Part shown: positions 58,501 through 64,000 of the stretch, one piece after another
Position numbering within the stretch: the stretch's first letter is position 1
Layout of the letters: each line of letters begins with the position of its first letter
NCBI RefSeq assembly: GCF_009914755.1
Contig: NC_060941.1
DNA: 64,000 nt
Direction: 5' to 3' (one strand)
From: the human T2T-CHM13v2.0 reference genome, Homo sapiens
Program-made: the position numbers and the translations under genes
Notes under the pieces: model-generated
What the model saw: the letters and a program-made list of their open reading frames with translations, nothing else
Told to the model about the DNA's origin: nothing
The model's database searches: none

Positions 58501-60255
58501 TGATTGATTACTTTTAACTACTACCACTGAGGTCTTAATGTGTCCTAAAAAAGCTTGTTGGATGCAGTAAAAGTATGTACTTATATCATTAAAATCTGCA
58601 TGATAATGCAGTCACTAAGAATGGACCTTGACAATCAGAATGCTGGGTCACAAATTCTGACTTCACTATTTAAGCTACTTGAATTTGGGCAAGTTACTTA
58701 ATCTTTGTCAGCCTCAGTTTTCTCACCTGTAGAATGGGAATGTTAACAGTAACTCAGGAGGTTCTTGTGGCAATTAAGTGAATTAATGAATGCATGGCAG
58801 GTTACTATTTGGATGTGACATGATAGTTTGGGAAAGGGGAGAGTGGTTGAGGCTATGTCAACAGAGAACCTTGTGATTTTGAAAAACATGAGCTTTCTTC
58901 GGTGAACGCACCAACCACTGACAGTGGCAGAGGGCTTTGGGAGCCAAGTCAATGTCTCCAATGTTGTTCATGTCTTTGATGCTGCTGTCTGGTGAGGCCC
59001 ACCAGCTGCCAAAGCCTGTCCACTGTCTTTTTAGTCCTCTCATTCTACCCAGTATATGTAGCCAATTTTCTGTGTAGATTCATTCCTCCCCACATAGCAG
59101 TAAAACAAAACAGGGAAGATAGGAGCCTGGATATCTGAAAGTAGGTGACCAACCATGCCAATTTGTTTGGGGCTAAGGGAGTTCTTGAAACTTTCCATTT
59201 TAAAACCAGGACTGTCTTGGGCAAGTGGTGGTAAATTCATCACTATACCTGATAGGTTGTTGGAGGGTATCATGGCAAAGTCCTCAAAATATCTACCTAA
59301 ATTTTGGTTTAAATCTTTTCACATTTTTTCCATGTTTTTATGTATTCTTTTTTGTTTGTTTGTTTGAGACGGAGTCTCACTCTGTCACTATGCTGGAGTG
59401 CAATGGCACGATCTCGGCTCACTGCAACCTCCTGACAAGACAAGCCTGACCAAGACAAGGATAGATGGAATCAGTTTGAGATCTTCTAGAATGATCCAAG
59501 CTACAATGATGATGAAATTCCCACCTGGAACTGTTAATTGCAAAACTGTAATACATACATAGGGCTTAGCAGAGAGCTAGCAACATGGTAAACATGCATT
59601 CATTCATTCAACATTCGTTGAAACCTTACCATATGCTGGGAGGATTTTAAGTACTGGAGAACAAAATAGATAAAGTCACAAACAGATATATCAATTAAAG
59701 ATAAATGCTCTGAAGGAAAGAAAAGCAGGATAAGGAAACAGTGGCTGTGTGGGGAAGTTTCTCTGAAGAGGTGATATTTGAGCAGACACCTAGTGAAGTG
59801 AATGAGTAAGCCATGAAAATATCAAAGGGCGACAGTATTTCAGGCAGAGGAAACAAATGCAAACGCTCTGGGAGATGGTGGGCCAGTGGGGCAGAGTGAA
59901 CCAGTAGTAGGGAATGTAGTGGCAGAGGTAGGCAAGAGCCAGATGGTTTAGAGCCTTGGAAATTAAGGTAAGGACTTCGGGTTTCAAATGTCAGCTGTTG
60001 TTATAAAGGCTGTTTTTTTCCTCCTTTTTCTGTGTTGAGTGTTGGATCTGTTAACTGCTCTTTTTCTACTCAATATTGGTTCATTCTGTCCAACAAAATT
60101 TATTGAATGTCTGCTCTTCATTCAACAGAAGGCTAATGAAGACATTTTTTCGGGAACTGAAGAGAAAGTTTGTTTTCTCAACAACTATGATCTAGTTGTG
60201 GGGGGGAGGGAGTGGGTCAAAGTGCTGATAATGCGTCAAAAGACGGCAGCAGTGC

Positions 60256-60510
60256 GCCGAGCGCGGTGGCTCACGCCTGTAATCCAGCAGTTTGGGAGGC
60301 CGAGGCGGCGGATCACCTGAGGTCGAGAGTTCGAGACCAGCCGACCAACATGGAGAAACGCCAAGTCTCTACTAAAAATACAAAAATTAGCCGGGCGTGG
60401 TGGCGCATGCTTGTAATCGCGGAGGTTGCGGTGAGTCGAGATCGAGCCATTGCACCCCAGCCCGGGCAATAAGAGCGAAACTGTCTCAAAAAAAAAAAAA
60501 AAAAAAAAAA
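60256..60510 (+). mobile_element. AluSp-like, CpG-retaining, with right-arm deletion
   Basis: gaccaacatggagaaac and gcggtgag diagnostics; about 20 CpG; ~50-nt deletion. Confidence 0.8.
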
Positions 60511-60589
60511 GACAGCCACAGTGTGCTTTGAAGGAGACACCCTGGCACTACAGGAGAGAAACGATGTTTTCAATTGTCCAGAGAGGAGG

Positions 60590-60715
60590 GGAGTCACTTC
60601 CGGTGCGTCCCAGGGCATCATGGGAAGGGTCAGTCTGTGGGAAGGAAAGGCCAGAAGTGACTCCTGCCGTAGCTGCGGCAGGCCTGGAGGCCGTACTGGG
60701 ACCTGGCCAGTAAGT
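60590..60715 (+). ncRNA. MYHAS: Candidate promoter/first exon of plus-strand antisense lncRNA of the MYH cluster (probably MYHAS)
   Basis: Perfect ETS site CACTTCCGGT 60595-60604, local CpG enrichment, donor CCA|GTAAGT at 60710; location upstream of MYH13 agrees with my recollection of MYHAS, not verified. Confidence 0.45.
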
Positions 60716-60975
60716 GTGCATTTAAGAGTTTGCGAGTGAGCAGGACCTTGTTCGTCCCCGCGATTTATTTGTGCTGTGTAATTCCAGACAGTAGATCCGT
60801 GAAGGACTGTGTGGTGGGGAGGGTATGAAATTGAGTGTGGAGAGGGCATTTGAGGGCAAGTCCCATGACTGACTGGGCCAGACAGAAAATTTAAAATTCT
60901 TGTCAACAAAGCCCGTTTGAAAATTTTCAGTGCATACATAGCCATATTATTATGTTGTACATGTGGTACACATAA

Positions 60976-61359
<384 letters not shown>

Positions 61360-62199
61360 TAGTGGAAAAAGTGATGATTTTGTTGCTCAGAAGGTACTAC
61401 CTTTCCCATCCATGTTTTAAACATAATTTCTCATACTTTGAGCCTTCACACTGCGCAGTACCTCAGTTTCCCCAGGAAAGCCACAAGCCATAGTTTCTGT
61501 GAGGAGCTGAGAAGATAGTTTGCCCTCTTGTGAAGGTCAGCCTATTGGAATCTAAGAGAAGCCCTGTTTTGGGTGTGTTCCCCAAGGGAGATGTTTTTCT
61601 CCTTCACCATGGAGAGGCTTTCTTTTTTCTTGCGGCCTCCGGAAGCGGCATCTTAGTGGCCCTTGGAACTAGGAGGGAGGAATCAGGCTGGCAAATTCTA
61701 TCCTTAAGCAAGGTTCTTTCCATCTGCCCACGGCTGATTCTTCAGCTTCTCGCTTTGGAAAATGTGACCGATGGAGTCTGCGATGACGGTTCCTAGGGAC
61801 ACCGATATGTGGAACATGTGCCCAAACCTCTGCCACAGCCAGGAGGCAGAATTTAAGTTTGCTTACTGACAGCTGCTGTGTGTCAGTCCTGGAATGTTAA
61901 TCCTTACAGAGAGCTTGGATGACAGGCAACAGCTTTTAGCAGCTGTGCTAATGATCTCATCCATCAAACGACCCTCTCTTCACCTTACTGTTGTCAGTTA
62001 TATCCACGTCTTTGATGAGAAGTGGATATGAAATCTTAAGAGGCAGGTTACTTTTATTTATTTTAAAAACATGAGCCTTTAAAAGAATTCCAAAAATAGT
62101 ACACACATTGAAAAACATAATCAAACATACTGAAGGAAAATTTTAAATCTTGCCTAAAATTTTAGCATAGAAGTCATCTCTACCTAAATTTTGGTTTAA

Positions 62200-62801
<602 letters not shown>

Positions 62802-63657
62802 TGAGATATCAGTCTGCAAGCACTGTTTTGTATTCTGCTTTTAGAACACATTTTAAAATTTTCTCATGATATTAACTATTCTTTTAGATTATGATTTTTA
62901 ATAGTTACGTAGTGTACCATGCTTTGAAGATAACATAATTTATATAACAAATTTTCTATTATTGGGCATTTAGGGTGCTCTAAGTTTCTGTTCTTTAAAA
63001 TATTCTGCTAAGTATATATGTGTACATAAATGCTTATGCATATCTTTAATTGTTAAATCTATAGAATAGACTTTCTGGGCAAAGGCTAAAGATAGTTTTC
63101 AGTTTGCAATAGTGGAGTCCCTGTTATTGGAGCCTTCACAATAATGATATTGCATAGGAAAACAAAAAGTATTCACTAACGATCTTGTTGATCATTATGT
63201 ATTGTAAATATGCAATAATCAATTTAAGTTGAATGCAAAGTAAAATGAGAAATCTTGGAACAGTTGCAGAATTTAGTGAAGTCAGTGAAAGTAGTAAAAA
63301 AAATTGGCTTGAGTTTTGCAAAGCCATTGACCAGCGTGCATTCAGCAGTGTTGAACTAGTTAACAATTGAAGAACTGAAAATGGACAAAAATGATGACCC
63401 AATAGATGTTTCCCGAGAATGAATTCAGGATCAAAGGATTAGGAAGGCTCTTAAAAATATTGATGAAGTCATGCATTTTTGTGAAAAAGGATGTATTTTA
63501 TTATTGCATTGCAAAACTTAAAGGATGTCATATTATGTTATCACATATGACTGTGAGAAATCTGTCCCTTTTGTCCCAACTGCAACATTTACTCATTCTT
63601 TGTTCTAAGAATAGCAGAGTTGCAATTATGATCTAAATCTTAAGAAATGCAACAGAA

Positions 63658-63980
63658 GGCTGGGCACCGTGGCTCACGCCCGTAATCCCAACACTTTGGG
63701 AGGCCGAGGCAGGCAGATCACGAGGTCAAGAGATTGAGACCATCCTGGCCAATATGGTAAAACCTTGTCTCTACTAAAAATACAAAAATTAGCTGGGCAT
63801 GGTGGCACGTGCCTGTAATCCCAGCTGCGCAGGAGGCTGAGGCAGGAGAATCACTTGAACCTGGGAGGTGGAGTTTGCAGTGAGCCACTGCTCTCCAGCC
63901 TGGTGACACAGTAAGACTCCGTCTCAAACAAAAACAACAACAACAACAACAACAAAAAACAAAAACAGAAAAAAAGAGAA
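63658..63980 (+). mobile_element. AluSc-like
   Basis: Alu consensus with CAA tail. Confidence 0.85.
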
Positions 63981-64000
63981 AATCAATTGTTTCTCTGTAT

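Noticed and set aside
63150-63520. Possible degenerate Tigger-like transposase remnant
   Set aside because: Resemblance too weak to name without a Dfam search

Overview
Human genomic DNA (about 48 Alu elements, including a near-consensus AluYa5) containing the 5' part of a sarcomeric myosin heavy chain gene on the minus strand. The N-terminus ([50 protein letters not shown]) and loop sequences identify it as MYH13 (extraocular/laryngeal myosin, 17p13.1 MYH cluster). I traced a TATA/CArG promoter (~50510-50700), two non-coding exons and 21 coding exons (exons 3-23) with GT-AG boundaries. Exon lengths sum to 2934 nt = 978 codons in consistent phase, covering the motor, IQ neck and start of the rod; the gene continues past the left edge. 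Near 60.6 kb is a CpG/ETS promoter-like element with a plus-strand splice donor, compatible with the first exon of the antisense lncRNA MYHAS (identity from memory, not verified). The most unusual items are intronic copies of MYH13's own exons: a ~95% identical direct copy of the exon 11 3' end plus donor in intron 8, and an inverted, Alu-interrupted copy of the exon 15 3' end plus donor region in intron 12. Also notable are a third short-range templated copy upstream, an LTR carrying an expanded E-box/CCAAT array, and a young AluYa5. I found no convincing novel protein-coding system. Repeat family names are by-eye recognition, and repeat boundaries are approximate.
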